Below, piece after piece: positions 15,582 to 25,026 of a stretch of DNA of 43,171 nucleotides. Under the pieces are notes generated by a model. The model made no database searches. It worked only from the letters and a program-made list of their open reading frames with translations, and had not been told where the DNA came from. The DNA comes from a virus: UHGV virus genome UHGV-1379488. One strand, 5' to 3'. Positions within the stretch are counted from its first letter, which is position 1. The number at the start of each line of letters is the position of its first letter. The position numbers were made by a program, and so were the translations under genes.

Positions 15582-16628
15582 ATGAGTACACAGACAATAA
15601 AAGCTGAAATAATCAACAATGTACTGGTAGCAATGTCCTTATATATCATGGAGCAGCAGACTCTTACCATTCTTCAAAATGTAATGCAGCAGGAATTAGT
15701 AAGGGTGAATATGGAGGAAATAACTACACTTCCAGCAGAAAGAAAGGATGATATAAGCCAGAGTAATCAGTACATAATACAGTTATTCTTGATAAAAAAG
15801 CGTGATTTGGCACGAGGAACCAAAGAAAACTATCTTAATTCCATACGAAGATTGCTGACAGAGATAAGCACAAAATCACTGGACCAGATGGACACCACTG
15901 ATATTGATTGGTATTTATCGCGGTATGAAATCAGAAATGTGTCCAGTGGAGGAAAGAAAAATCAGCCCAGTACCTATAATAACGAGCGCCGTTTTCTGTC
16001 GGCATTCTTTACATGGATGCGCCTTGAAAAGCTTATTGCAGATAATCCGGTAGAGTCTATACCAGCAAAGAAAGTACCAATTAAACCGATTGATTACTAC
16101 AGTCCAGAAGAATCAGCAAGGTTAAGGGATGCGTGCAAAAATATCCGAGAGAGGGCATTGCTGGAGGTGTTGCGCAGTACGGGGGCCAGGATAGGGGAGA
16201 TTGCGGAAATAACTCTGAACCAGATAGACATGGGAACCGGCGATATTTGGATTCAGGGAGAGAAAAGCGGAAGATATCGGACTATCTATCTGGATGATGA
16301 TGCGCGGCATTATTATGGCCTGTATTTGGACAGCAGGAAAGATGATTGCCTATATATGTTCCCGCGCTCCAGAAAACCGTATGGAAAAATGACTACTTGT
16401 GGATTTCGGGCGATATTGAAAACCATAAGGAAAAGAGCCGGCTTAACATGTCGGGTATATCCGCATAAGTCACGAAAGACGCTGGGGATGAATCTAAAAA
16501 ACAGAGGAGTTGATATTGGGACCATACAGGAAATTATGGGACATGCTGACCCAGGAGTTACGGCACGTTATTATGCACAGTCTAACCCGCGTACTCTTCG
16601 TTCAATAAGGGAAAGGGTTAATGTGTAG
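15582..16628 (+). CDS. second tyrosine recombinase (XerC/D- or integrase-family) inside the prophage
   Basis: SAM-like N-domain (TKENYLNSIRRLL). Catalytic region RSTGARIGE...HKSRKT...MGHADPGVTARYYA. GAGGAGG RBS 8 nt before ATG. Confidence 0.8.
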   Translation: MSTQTIKAEIINNVLVAMSLYIMEQQTLTILQNVMQQELVRVNMEEITTLPAERKDDISQSNQYIIQLFLIKKRDLARGTKENYLNSIRRLLTEISTKSLDQMDTTDIDWYLSRYEIRNVSSGGKKNQPSTYNNERRFLSAFFTWMRLEKLIADNPVESIPAKKVPIKPIDYYSPEESARLRDACKNIRERALLEVLRSTGARIGEIAEITLNQIDMGTGDIWIQGEKSGRYRTIYLDDDARHYYGLYLDSRKDDCLYMFPRSRKPYGKMTTCGFRAILKTIRKRAGLTCRVYPHKSRKTLGMNLKNRGVDIGTIQEIMGHADPGVTARYYAQSNPRTLRSIRERVNV

Positions 16629-16639
16629 GAAGGAGGGCT

Positions 16640-16942
16640 ATGAGGACCAGGGACAAGAACTATAGTGATTATGGAATTACGGAGGATGAAGCCAAACGCA
16701 TAAAAGAATACTGCCAGACCGCCAGCGTAGAAGATAAGCTTACATTGTTCCAGTGCGCCATATCATCCGCTCCTGGCCTGGAGGTGGAGATATACGAAAG
16801 CCTTGTTAGTAATATCGGATATGACAAGCTGAGCAAGCGAAAGAATATACCAATTAAGCGGGATGATTTTTACGGATATCAAAGAAAAACGCTGGATGAA
16901 TATAGGCGGTTAATGACATTGTTTGGGAGGTGGAAAGGATGA
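16640..16942 (+). CDS. hypothetical protein (possible late regulator)
   Basis: GGAAGGAGGG RBS. Confidence 0.5.
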   Translation: MRTRDKNYSDYGITEDEAKRIKEYCQTASVEDKLTLFQCAISSAPGLEVEIYESLVSNIGYDKLSKRKNIPIKRDDFYGYQRKTLDEYRRLMTLFGRWKG

Positions 16943-17082
16943 TTAATACTAATAGCACTATACGGGTAACAGAGTTTTTATATGCCTTAAGGTTGGTTAT
17001 AGAAGCCAGTAATAAATTAACCGGTGAAGATATGGTAATGCTTGAAAACATTGCGGAGAAAATGGAGGAAATAAAAAAATGA
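16939..17082 (+). CDS. 47-aa hypothetical protein
   Basis: GGGAGGTGGAAAGG then ATG. ATGA overlap with the upstream gene. Confidence 0.4.
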   Translation: MINTNSTIRVTEFLYALRLVIEASNKLTGEDMVMLENIAEKMEEIKK

Positions 17083-17261
17083 AATGCCCATATCGTAAAG
17101 AAACAAATTTAATCAAAACGGTTGAAACAGAAAAAACCTTTGATACATTTGCTGATTGTTATGAAGATGAATGCAGGCTGTACTGTCACGAAACAAAAAG
17201 TTGTCTTAGGGCAGAAGCGCATAAAGCACAGATATTTGGTACAGTCAAGTATTCACAATAA
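17079..17261 (+). CDS. hypothetical Cys-containing protein
   Basis: GGAGG RBS. Confidence 0.5.
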   Translation: MKCPYRKETNLIKTVETEKTFDTFADCYEDECRLYCHETKSCLRAEAHKAQIFGTVKYSQ

Positions 17262-17306
17262 CGATAAGGCAAAGGGTGGAATTAAGTAGAAACAATGGAT
17301 ACGCTT

Positions 17307-17346
17307 AAATGTGGGGACGGTTTGACCGACCCGAACATGGTAAAAT
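17307..17346 (+). promoter_or_regulatory. candidate late promoter: AAATGTGGGGACG - 21 nt - TAAAAT (copy 1, upstream of terS)
   Basis: The same bipartite arrangement recurs at 27435-27473. Confidence 0.45.
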
Positions 17347-17398
17347 TAGTATAGGACTATTATACCGTGTGAAGCACAAAGAATAAGGGGTGGTGATT

Positions 17399-17800
17399 GT
17401 GGCTTCCAGACTGACGGATAAGCAGAAAAAAGATATTATTGCTGATTATGTAGAGACTGGAAGCTACAATGCTACAGCAAAGAGATTTGGAGTGGCGCTG
17501 AACACAGTCAAAAAAATATGCACACAAAATGCAGATATTGCACAAAAATGCAAACAAAAAAAGGAACAGAACACAGCGGACATGTTAGCTTATATGGATT
17601 CCCGAAAAGAACAGGCGCAGGGAATCATTGATGAATATTTAAAGAAGTTAGCAGACCCAAAGAAATTAGAAAACGCTACTATTTCACAAATTGCAACAGC
17701 TATGGGAATTGTGGTTGATAAGTTTATGGATAACACTAAAAGGGGAGATAACACAGAGGGTATTACTATTTTGAATGATATACCAAAGGAAGAAAGGTAG
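17399..17800 (+). CDS. terS: terminase small subunit
   Basis: N-terminal HTH (LTDKQKKDIIADYVETGSYNATAKRFGV). Immediately upstream of and overlapping terL. GTG after AAGGGGTGGTGA. Confidence 0.7.
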   Translation: MASRLTDKQKKDIIADYVETGSYNATAKRFGVALNTVKKICTQNADIAQKCKQKKEQNTADMLAYMDSRKEQAQGIIDEYLKKLADPKKLENATISQIATAMGIVVDKFMDNTKRGDNTEGITILNDIPKEER

Positions 17801-19052
17801 AACAAAGAGTGTGGGTGAAATTGTTAAACTGACTGACGTAATCGCACCATCCTTCTATGACGTTCACTGGGATATTCTGGACGGTAATCATTCATATTAC
17901 GACCTGTACGGCGGGCGAGGTTCCGCGAAGTCCTCTTTTATATCAGCGGAGATTGTGCTAGGTATGATGGACGACCCAGAGGCCAATGCTGTTATATTCC
18001 GTAAATATGCCGTAACCATTGGAGAATCAGTCTTTGAGCAGATACAGTGGGCCATAGATGCATTGGGTGTAACAGACTTATGGGAATCCCGTACAAGTCC
18101 ATACCGATTTGTTTATAAGCCGACAGGACAAAAAATAATATTCCGTGGACTTGACAAGGCAAAGAAAACAAAATCTATAAAAGCCAGTAAAGGATACTTT
18201 AAATATCTATGGTTCGAGGAACTGGACGAATTTGCAGGACCGGAAGAAATACGAACTGTTGAGCAGTCAGTATTGCGTGGTGGCAGCAAGTTTGTTGTAT
18301 TTAAATCCTTCAACCCGCCTATCAGTCAAAGCAACTGGGCTAATCAGTATGTGAATACTCCAGACGATAGCGCGTATAGGCATAAAAGCGATTACCGTTC
18401 TGTGTCGATTGAATGGCTGGGAGAAATGTTTATTGAGCGTGCTGAACATCTTAAAGCCACCAATGAGCGGGCATATAATCATGAGTATTTAGGTTTGCCG
18501 GTTGGGCTTGGCACAAATATATTTGATATGCTGGAGATTAGAACAATCACGGATGAAGAAATACAGAGCTATCAATCTATATATCAAGGTCAGGATTTTG
18601 GGTGGTGGCCTGACCCTAAAGCATTTATTCGGGCAGCCTATGTAGCAAATAAAGAAAAAATTGTGTTATTAGATGAATTAGGCGGGTGCAAGATTAGAAA
18701 CTCTGATATGGCTCGCATGATACAGGAAAAAGGATACGATGATTATACTCTTATGTGTGGAGTGGACGAGAAGGAAAGTATTGTTGACCTTCGTGACGCT
18801 GGTATTCCAGCCCGTAGTGCTATTGTAACGCCTGGGAGTAGGAAATATACGTATGAATGGCTACAGTGTCGTACAATCGTCATAGACCCAGCCAGAACGC
18901 CAAGGGCATACAAAGAGATTATAGAGTATGAGCATGAGATTGATAGCAACGGAGAAGTGATTGCAGATTATCCAGACGGAAATGACCACTGGATAGATGC
19001 CTTACGGTATAGCATTTCTCCTATGGCTATGAGAAGGGGACACAGTGCGTAG
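17775..19052 (+). CDS. terL: terminase large subunit (PBSX/Terminase_3-like)
   Basis: Walker A-like DLYGGRGSAKSSF, nuclease-domain acidic residues, 425 aa. Start uncertain; GTG at 17808 is also possible. Confidence 0.85.
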   Translation: MIYQRKKGRTKSVGEIVKLTDVIAPSFYDVHWDILDGNHSYYDLYGGRGSAKSSFISAEIVLGMMDDPEANAVIFRKYAVTIGESVFEQIQWAIDALGVTDLWESRTSPYRFVYKPTGQKIIFRGLDKAKKTKSIKASKGYFKYLWFEELDEFAGPEEIRTVEQSVLRGGSKFVVFKSFNPPISQSNWANQYVNTPDDSAYRHKSDYRSVSIEWLGEMFIERAEHLKATNERAYNHEYLGLPVGLGTNIFDMLEIRTITDEEIQSYQSIYQGQDFGWWPDPKAFIRAAYVANKEKIVLLDELGGCKIRNSDMARMIQEKGYDDYTLMCGVDEKESIVDLRDAGIPARSAIVTPGSRKYTYEWLQCRTIVIDPARTPRAYKEIIEYEHEIDSNGEVIADYPDGNDHWIDALRYSISPMAMRRGHSA

Positions 19053-19506
19053 TGGGGCAAAGAAAAATTATCCAAGGATATATAAAATATGGCAGGGTAT
19101 CCGTCAGAGATGCAATAACCCGAATGACAAGGATTATGATAATTATGGTGGTAGAGGAATAAAGGTCTGTGAGGGATGGAATAACAACTCAATGGAATTT
19201 ATTCAATGGGCCTTGCAAAATGGATATACTGATAATTTGAGCATTGACAGAAAAGATACAAACGGAGATTATTGCCCTGAAAACTGTCATTGGGCTACGG
19301 AAACAGAACAGGCCAGAAACAAGCGAAAACAGAGGACGAATAGAACCGGGTATAATGGCGTACATTATGAGGCAGATAGGGGAAAATATCGAGCTTTGAT
19401 ATACGTTAATAGCAGACGTATGGATTTGGGGAGATATGATACAGCAGAAGAAGCTGCCGAGGCACGAAGAAAGGGAGAAGTGAAATACTGGGGTGCTATG
19501 CCATAA
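19045..19506 (+). CDS. HNH endonuclease with AP2 domain
   Basis: HNH_3-like SIDRKDTNGDYCPENCHWATETEQ. AP2-like YNGVHYEADRGKYRALIYVNSRRMDLGRYDTAEEAAEARRK. Confidence 0.75.
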   Translation: MRSGAKKNYPRIYKIWQGIRQRCNNPNDKDYDNYGGRGIKVCEGWNNNSMEFIQWALQNGYTDNLSIDRKDTNGDYCPENCHWATETEQARNKRKQRTNRTGYNGVHYEADRGKYRALIYVNSRRMDLGRYDTAEEAAEARRKGEVKYWGAMP

Positions 19507-19537
19507 GCCAATTATCAATGAGAAGGGGGAACAGCGC

Positions 19538-19759
19538 ATGACAGAATATAGCAAAAAGCGAATAGGACAATTTCTAAAAAAGTATGTTGATATTTCCCCT
19601 GGTCATTCATACACAGAAGAATGTGTTATACGCCAAGGAATAAATGAACTAACATCAAACTGCGTCTATACACCTAAAGGATTGCAGAGACAGATATTAA
19701 AGGAACAATTGGTATTGTTGCCTTTAAGCTATATTGAAAATTGTGCAAAATACAGGTGA
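19538..19759 (+). CDS. hypothetical protein
   Basis: GAAGGGGGA RBS 7 nt before ATG. Confidence 0.45.
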   Translation: MTEYSKKRIGQFLKKYVDISPGHSYTEECVIRQGINELTSNCVYTPKGLQRQILKEQLVLLPLSYIENCAKYR

Positions 19760-19763
19760 GTAA

Positions 19764-21197
19764 ATGGGACTAATAAAATGGGCTAAAAAGGTGATAGGAA
19801 TGATATTCAAGCGACAGGCAGAGGAAGATTTTAACGTTGAGTCAGTGGTATCCCCGGAGATGGAAAGCAAGATTGCAGAGTGCGCCAATATCTACCGGGG
19901 TACTCCCTATTGGGTGAATGCTGACGATAACGTTAAGACAATCAATTTTGCAAAGGCTATATGCTCCGAGACGGCCCGACTTGCTACTTTGGCAATCGGA
20001 ATACAGATTGATGGGAGTTCGCGGGCTGCATGGCTCCAGGAGCAGATTGATAAGATATATTTCCAGATTAGGCACTGGGTAGAATATGGTATGGCCTACG
20101 GCACAATCATCCTTAAGCCAAATGGTAAGGGACTGGACATATTCACACCTATGGATTTTATCATTACAGACTGCGACAATGAAGGTATATATGGAATCGT
20201 ATTTAAGGATAGCTACAGCGAGAACGACAAGTATTATACCCGATTTGAGTATCATAGGTTTGTCGAGGTCAAGGATGGAGAAAACACCTATTACCCATAT
20301 TACATATCCAATAGAGCCTATGTGTCTCACTCCGCAAAAAGTGTGGGGGACCCGATAGCATTAAACAGGACTAAGTGGTCCGACTTACTTCCAGAGACTC
20401 CACCCATACTTAAAGCAAACAATGAGAAAATAGATGGTCCCATGTTTGGCATACTCCGCACTCCACAGGCTAATAATTTAGATATTTCATCACCTTTGGG
20501 ATTACCAATATATGCCGAGGCCATAGAAGAATTAAAGGACCTTGATATAGCATACAGCCGAAACGTGGGTGAAATATTTGACAGTGAGAAGATTATATTG
20601 GCAGACGACCAGCTGATGTTTGGAAGCGGTACAAACATTAAAGGCCGTTATGCTGGCATGAGCAATGAAAAGCTTCCTCATTATGTTAAAAATGTATTTG
20701 GAAATGGAACAGAGTCTTTCTATCAGGAGATTGTTCCATCGTTGAATACTGATATCAGAATTACCGGAATAAACAACCTACTCTCATTTGTGGGATTTAA
20801 GTGTGGATATTCCAATGGGTATTTTGTGCTTGATGAAAAAACAGGAATGGTCACAGCTACACAGGTAGAGGCTGACGACAGGAGAACCATACAGCTAATC
20901 AAGGATGTGCGCGACAAATTGGAAAGTTGCCTTGATGGCGCAATATATGCGCTCAATGTATATGCTGACCTGTACGGACTGGCACCAGCCGGAAACTACG
21001 AAATAACATATGATTTTGGGGACATTACATACAACCGTGAAGAGGACCGGGCAAGATGGTGGCAGTATGTTGTGCAGGGGAAGGTACCACCCTGGATGTA
21101 TTTCCAGAAGTTTGAGGGATTATCTGAAGAAGATGCAAAAGCTATGGTAAAGGAAGCACAGCCGAAGGATGGACCTAGGATGTTTGAGGAGGAATAA
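19764..21197 (+). CDS. portal protein
   Basis: 477 aa, immediately after TerL/HNH, acidic C-terminus. Position and size typical of SPP1-like portals. Confidence 0.7.
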   Translation: MGLIKWAKKVIGMIFKRQAEEDFNVESVVSPEMESKIAECANIYRGTPYWVNADDNVKTINFAKAICSETARLATLAIGIQIDGSSRAAWLQEQIDKIYFQIRHWVEYGMAYGTIILKPNGKGLDIFTPMDFIITDCDNEGIYGIVFKDSYSENDKYYTRFEYHRFVEVKDGENTYYPYYISNRAYVSHSAKSVGDPIALNRTKWSDLLPETPPILKANNEKIDGPMFGILRTPQANNLDISSPLGLPIYAEAIEELKDLDIAYSRNVGEIFDSEKIILADDQLMFGSGTNIKGRYAGMSNEKLPHYVKNVFGNGTESFYQEIVPSLNTDIRITGINNLLSFVGFKCGYSNGYFVLDEKTGMVTATQVEADDRRTIQLIKDVRDKLESCLDGAIYALNVYADLYGLAPAGNYEITYDFGDITYNREEDRARWWQYVVQGKVPPWMYFQKFEGLSEEDAKAMVKEAQPKDGPRMFEEE

Positions 21198-21303
21198 ATT
21201 GAGAAGCTTATTAATTTGGATAGTATTCAATATACCACTTGGTCCATTTGCCCCGAAAGTGTTTGAATGGTCGATTAAGCATAAGGGAAAGAAGGAAGGG
21301 TAA

Positions 21304-22536
21304 ATGTTAAGCCCTGATTACCTTGCAAGAATCGCAGAAGGAAGCGAAGAAATAGCCTCACAACTCCATACATACATTATTCGTCAGATAATAGACCGCA
21401 TGATGATACGCATAGGCCGCGGCGATGATTGCCTGCTCACCTCATCTGACCGATGGCGCATACATGTATTGCAGGACGCAGGGTATCTGCTGGAGGATAT
21501 AACAGCAGAGTTATCCAAGTACACCAAGAGGCAGGAGAAAGAGATTAAAGCGGCTATGGAGGAGGCCGGGATAAAAGCTCTGGAATACGACCACAGAATA
21601 TACGAGGCCGCCGGCCTGTCTCCTATGCCCCTGACGCAATCCCCGGCCCTTATTCGGCTGATGGAACGCAATTACCTGGCAACATTAGGGGAATGGAAAA
21701 ACTACACTAGGACAACCGCGCAATCTGCTCAAAGATTATTTATTAACGAGTGCGATATGGCCTATAACAAAGTTATGAGTGGAGCAACATCTTACACACA
21801 AGCAGTTAAAGAGGCCGTAGAAAATGTGGCCAGTGGGGGTATTACACTTGTTCAATATAGAAGTAAAAATACTGGAGATATAAGAAATGACACGATAGAG
21901 ACAGCTACAGCACGAGCGGTACGGACTGGTATAGCACAGGCTACGGCGGAAATTACGCTGGCAAGAATGGTAGAAATGAAGTGGGAAGTTGTGCTGGTGT
22001 CGGCGCATGTGGGCGCAAGAAATGTTGGGGGGATACCAGAGAATCATGAACTTTGGCAAGGAAAATTCTACAGTCTCCCGCAATATGGACATAGATTCCC
22101 GGATTTCTATTACTCTACAGGATATGGAGATATTACTGGATTGTGCGGAGTAAATTGTAGGCATAGTTTTGGACCAGGTGATGGAGAAAATAATCCGTAT
22201 GACCCAATAGACACAGAGGAAAATCGAAATCAGTACGAAAAAGAGCAACGCCAGCGAACGCTTGAACGCCGCATCCGCAAGACCAAGCGCGAGGTTATGG
22301 GCCTGCAAGAGGCCGTAGAGAAATGCCAGGACAAGGCGGCAAAGTTTGAGCTACAGCAGGCGCTTGACCGGAAATCCTACTTGCTATCCAAGCAGTATAA
22401 GGCATATAACGAGTTTTGTAAGGAGAATAACCTTAGAACTCAGTCAGAGAGATTACAGATTGCCCGCTGGAGCCGTGAACAGGCTGCAAAGGCCAGAGGG
22501 GCGGCGAGACGGTATCAAAATGCGAAAGGGGAATGA
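21304..22536 (+). CDS. minor head / head morphogenesis protein (Mu F-like, SPP1 gp7 family)
   Basis: HVGARNVGG...GLCGVNCRHSF motif region characteristic of the Phage_Mu_F domain. C-terminal coiled coil. Confidence 0.7.
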   Translation: MLSPDYLARIAEGSEEIASQLHTYIIRQIIDRMMIRIGRGDDCLLTSSDRWRIHVLQDAGYLLEDITAELSKYTKRQEKEIKAAMEEAGIKALEYDHRIYEAAGLSPMPLTQSPALIRLMERNYLATLGEWKNYTRTTAQSAQRLFINECDMAYNKVMSGATSYTQAVKEAVENVASGGITLVQYRSKNTGDIRNDTIETATARAVRTGIAQATAEITLARMVEMKWEVVLVSAHVGARNVGGIPENHELWQGKFYSLPQYGHRFPDFYYSTGYGDITGLCGVNCRHSFGPGDGENNPYDPIDTEENRNQYEKEQRQRTLERRIRKTKREVMGLQEAVEKCQDKAAKFELQQALDRKSYLLSKQYKAYNEFCKENNLRTQSERLQIARWSREQAAKARGAARRYQNAKGE

Positions 22537-22922
22537 ATTTGAATAGATGGAAACCATATAACCCTAACCCAGTCCGTAATCAGCGTGTAGGCGACTGTGC
22601 CATACGTGCAATCTGCAAAGCAACCGGACAGGATTGGGAAACCGCCTTTGCTGGCGTTATGGTGGTGGCGTGCGAGAAATCAGATATGCCGTCAGCTAAC
22701 AGCGTGTGGGGGACATATCTCAGGCGCAACGGGTTTCGGAGAAACATTATACCAGACGAATATCCAGAAGATTATACCGTGGAAGAATTTTCGGCAGACC
22801 ACCAAAACGGAGTATTTGTTCTTGGGCTTGATGGTCATGTGGTAACGGTTGTGGATGGATTTTACTGGGACACATGGGACAGCGGTCAAGAAATACCAAT
22901 ATACTACTGGGAAAGGCGATAA
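22533..22922 (+). CDS. hypothetical protein with conserved Cys and His (possible papain-like fold)
   Basis: GDCAIRAICKATG ... GHVVTVVDG. Confidence 0.35.
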   Translation: MNLNRWKPYNPNPVRNQRVGDCAIRAICKATGQDWETAFAGVMVVACEKSDMPSANSVWGTYLRRNGFRRNIIPDEYPEDYTVEEFSADHQNGVFVLGLDGHVVTVVDGFYWDTWDSGQEIPIYYWERR

Positions 22923-22925
22923 TTT

Positions 22926-23219
22926 ATGGAAACATTAAACTCTATTATGGTTGTATGCGGTTGGCTTATTACTCTTGGAGGCGCAGGAGCCGTAATATAC
23001 AAATTGTTGCATCCGGCATTTAAGCTAAAAAATCGAGTGGATAAATTAGAAATAAATGTGGAAAATGATTATAAATCTATCAAAGAAATAAGAGATATGC
23101 AATCTCTTTTATGCCAAGGAATGATAGCATTAATTGATAATCGTATAACCGGTAACAACATAGAGGGTTTAAAAAAAACCAAAGAAGCTATGATAAAGCA
23201 TTTGTCAGAAGGTATTTAA
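22926..23219 (+). CDS. hypothetical membrane protein
   Basis: N-terminal TM (IMVVCGWLITLGGAGAVIY). Confidence 0.5.
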   Translation: METLNSIMVVCGWLITLGGAGAVIYKLLHPAFKLKNRVDKLEINVENDYKSIKEIRDMQSLLCQGMIALIDNRITGNNIEGLKKTKEAMIKHLSEGI

Positions 23220-23230
23220 GGAGCGTTGCG

Positions 23231-23431
23231 TTGAAGGTATATGACTTTACAGTGCCAGAACTAAACTATTTTCGTACATATTGTAACTTTACGGATGAAG
23301 AACGGGCACTGTTTGAGTACCGGGCCAAGAACTATCCTTTGGAGTATTGCGCTGAATTAATGAATGTAAGTGTATCCACAGCAAAGAGATTGAGCAGAAA
23401 AGTAAACAACAAAATAATCCGATTATGTTGA
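23231..23431 (+). CDS. small HTH protein resembling sigma-70 region 4
   Basis: TTG start 7 nt after AAGGAG. Segment YCAELMNVSVSTAKRLSRKV. Confidence 0.45.
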   Translation: MKVYDFTVPELNYFRTYCNFTDEERALFEYRAKNYPLEYCAELMNVSVSTAKRLSRKVNNKIIRLC

Positions 23432-23452
23432 TACTTGCGTGATACTTTTATA

Positions 23453-23490
23453 AGTCTTTGACGACCTGTCAAGGGCTTATTTTTTATGGG
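23453..23490 (+). terminator. rho-independent terminator-like hairpin (CTTTGAC...GTCAAGG + T-run)
   Basis: 7-bp stem with one G-U pair, followed by GCTTATTTTTTA. Confidence 0.45.
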
Positions 23491-23523
23491 ATAATTGGAT
23501 TATAAAAGAACGGAGGGGATATA

Positions 23524-23994
23524 ATGCCGCAACCATTTATCAATCCAAACTATCTGAATACATATCCAAACGCATATCCTTATCAGCCACAGATGCAACC
23601 ACCTATGGACCGATTGCAGCAGCTACAGGCACCATACCAAATGCCGCAACAGACGCAGGTTTCACAGGTCCCGCAGACCAACCAGGGAATATTATGGGTG
23701 CAGGGTGAAGCCGGGGCAAAGTCGTATTTAGTAGCGCCAAGCACATCCATATTACTGATGGATAGCGAAAATGAGTACTTTTATATTAAAACAACAGATG
23801 CAGCAGGTATGCCAACACTCCGCACTTTTGAATATAAAGAGATTGTTAATGGACGGAAAAAGGAATCTACATCGGCTGAAAATCTGGATGAAAAGTATGT
23901 TACCAGAAATGAGTATCAGGATTTAAAGGCAAAATATGATGAATTATATGGACTTTTAGAAACCAGTACAGCACCAACAGGAAAGGGGAAGTAA
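23524..23994 (+). CDS. Pro/Gln-rich N-terminal low-complexity protein with globular C-domain
   Basis: ACGGAGGGGA RBS. N-terminal YPNAYPYQPQMQPPM repeats. Confidence 0.55.
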   Translation: MPQPFINPNYLNTYPNAYPYQPQMQPPMDRLQQLQAPYQMPQQTQVSQVPQTNQGILWVQGEAGAKSYLVAPSTSILLMDSENEYFYIKTTDAAGMPTLRTFEYKEIVNGRKKESTSAENLDEKYVTRNEYQDLKAKYDELYGLLETSTAPTGKGK

Positions 23995-23997
23995 TAT

Positions 23998-24255
23998 ATG
24001 AATCCATTATTTAACATGTTAGGTGGAATGGGTGGAGGTAGCCCAATGGGAGGAATGATTCCTGGGATGGGCGGAGGAAACAACCCCATGCAGATGATAC
24101 AGAAATTTATGGAGTTTAAAAACAATTTCAAGGGAAACCCTCAAGAAGAAGTACAGAAGATGCTACAGTCCGGCCAGATAACTCAGCGGCAATTAGACCA
24201 GGCCCAACAAATGGCCCGGCAGTTTCAGCAGATGCTTAATAACATGAAAAAATAG
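23998..24255 (+). CDS. Gly/Met-rich then Gln-rich small protein
   Basis: MLGGMGGGSPMGGMIPGMGGGNNP low complexity. Confidence 0.5.
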   Translation: MNPLFNMLGGMGGGSPMGGMIPGMGGGNNPMQMIQKFMEFKNNFKGNPQEEVQKMLQSGQITQRQLDQAQQMARQFQQMLNNMKK

Positions 24256-24309
24256 TACATAAATCAATGCGCATGATTTTGTAAATATATTTTAAAGGAG
24301 TAGACAATT

Positions 24310-25026
24310 ATGGATTCAGGCTATAGTTTAGCAGACATTGCCGCCGCTACAGGAGGAACAAACCGCAACAATGATGGCTTTGGAGATGGCGGCGCATGGT
24401 GGATTATTATACTGTTCTTATTTGTTTTCTGTGGCTGGGGCAATGGAAACGGCTTTGGAAACAATGGAGCAGGAGGTGCAGGATTGCAGGGATTAGCAAC
24501 ACGTGCAGACATCAATGAGGGATTTGCCCTCAACGGAATCGAAAATGGTATAAGGGGTATTCAGCAGGGCATTTGTGATAGCACGTATGCGCTGAACAAC
24601 ACCATTACCAGCGGTTTCAGCGGAGTGGACCGTAGCTTATGCCAGATGGGCTATCAGCTCCATGATTGCTGCTGCCAGACACAGCGCGCAATTGATGGTG
24701 TAAATTATAACCTAGCTACACAGTCATGCGATACCAGAAACACCATTCAGACCGCAACTAGGGATATTCTGGACAACAACAACAGCAATACAAGAGCTAT
24801 TCTTGACTTCTTAACTCAGGATAAGATTTCTACCTTACAGGCGGAGAATCAAACCCTTAGATTCCAGGCAAGCCAGACTGCCCAGAACGGATTTATTGAT
24901 GCAGTTGGTAACTCAATCGTTGCACAGCTTCGTCAGCCGCAGCCTGTACCGGCTTATACGGTTCCAGCGCCATATCCATATGCCTCTAACTGTGGTTGTG
25001 GATGCAATACTGGATGCGGGTGCTAA
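24310..25026 (+). CDS. Gly-rich membrane-anchored, Cys-rich protein (YjcZ-like Gly/aromatic + TM motif; C-terminal CGCGCNTGCGC)
   Basis: GGAWWIIILFLFVFCGWGNGNGFG. CCC and CGCGC clusters. Confidence 0.55.
   Translation: MDSGYSLADIAAATGGTNRNNDGFGDGGAWWIIILFLFVFCGWGNGNGFGNNGAGGAGLQGLATRADINEGFALNGIENGIRGIQQGICDSTYALNNTITSGFSGVDRSLCQMGYQLHDCCCQTQRAIDGVNYNLATQSCDTRNTIQTATRDILDNNNSNTRAILDFLTQDKISTLQAENQTLRFQASQTAQNGFIDAVGNSIVAQLRQPQPVPAYTVPAPYPYASNCGCGCNTGCGC

Noticed and set aside
17775-17830. Alternative TerL start and a possible terS-terL translational frameshift
   Set aside because: Several in-frame ATG/GTG candidates and a 26-nt overlap with terS, but no slippery site. Treated as ordinary overlapping genes with an uncertain start.
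21736-22308. 190-aa minus-strand ORF inside the Mu-F-like gene
   Set aside because: Fully antisense to a well-supported head gene. Cys-rich junk composition.
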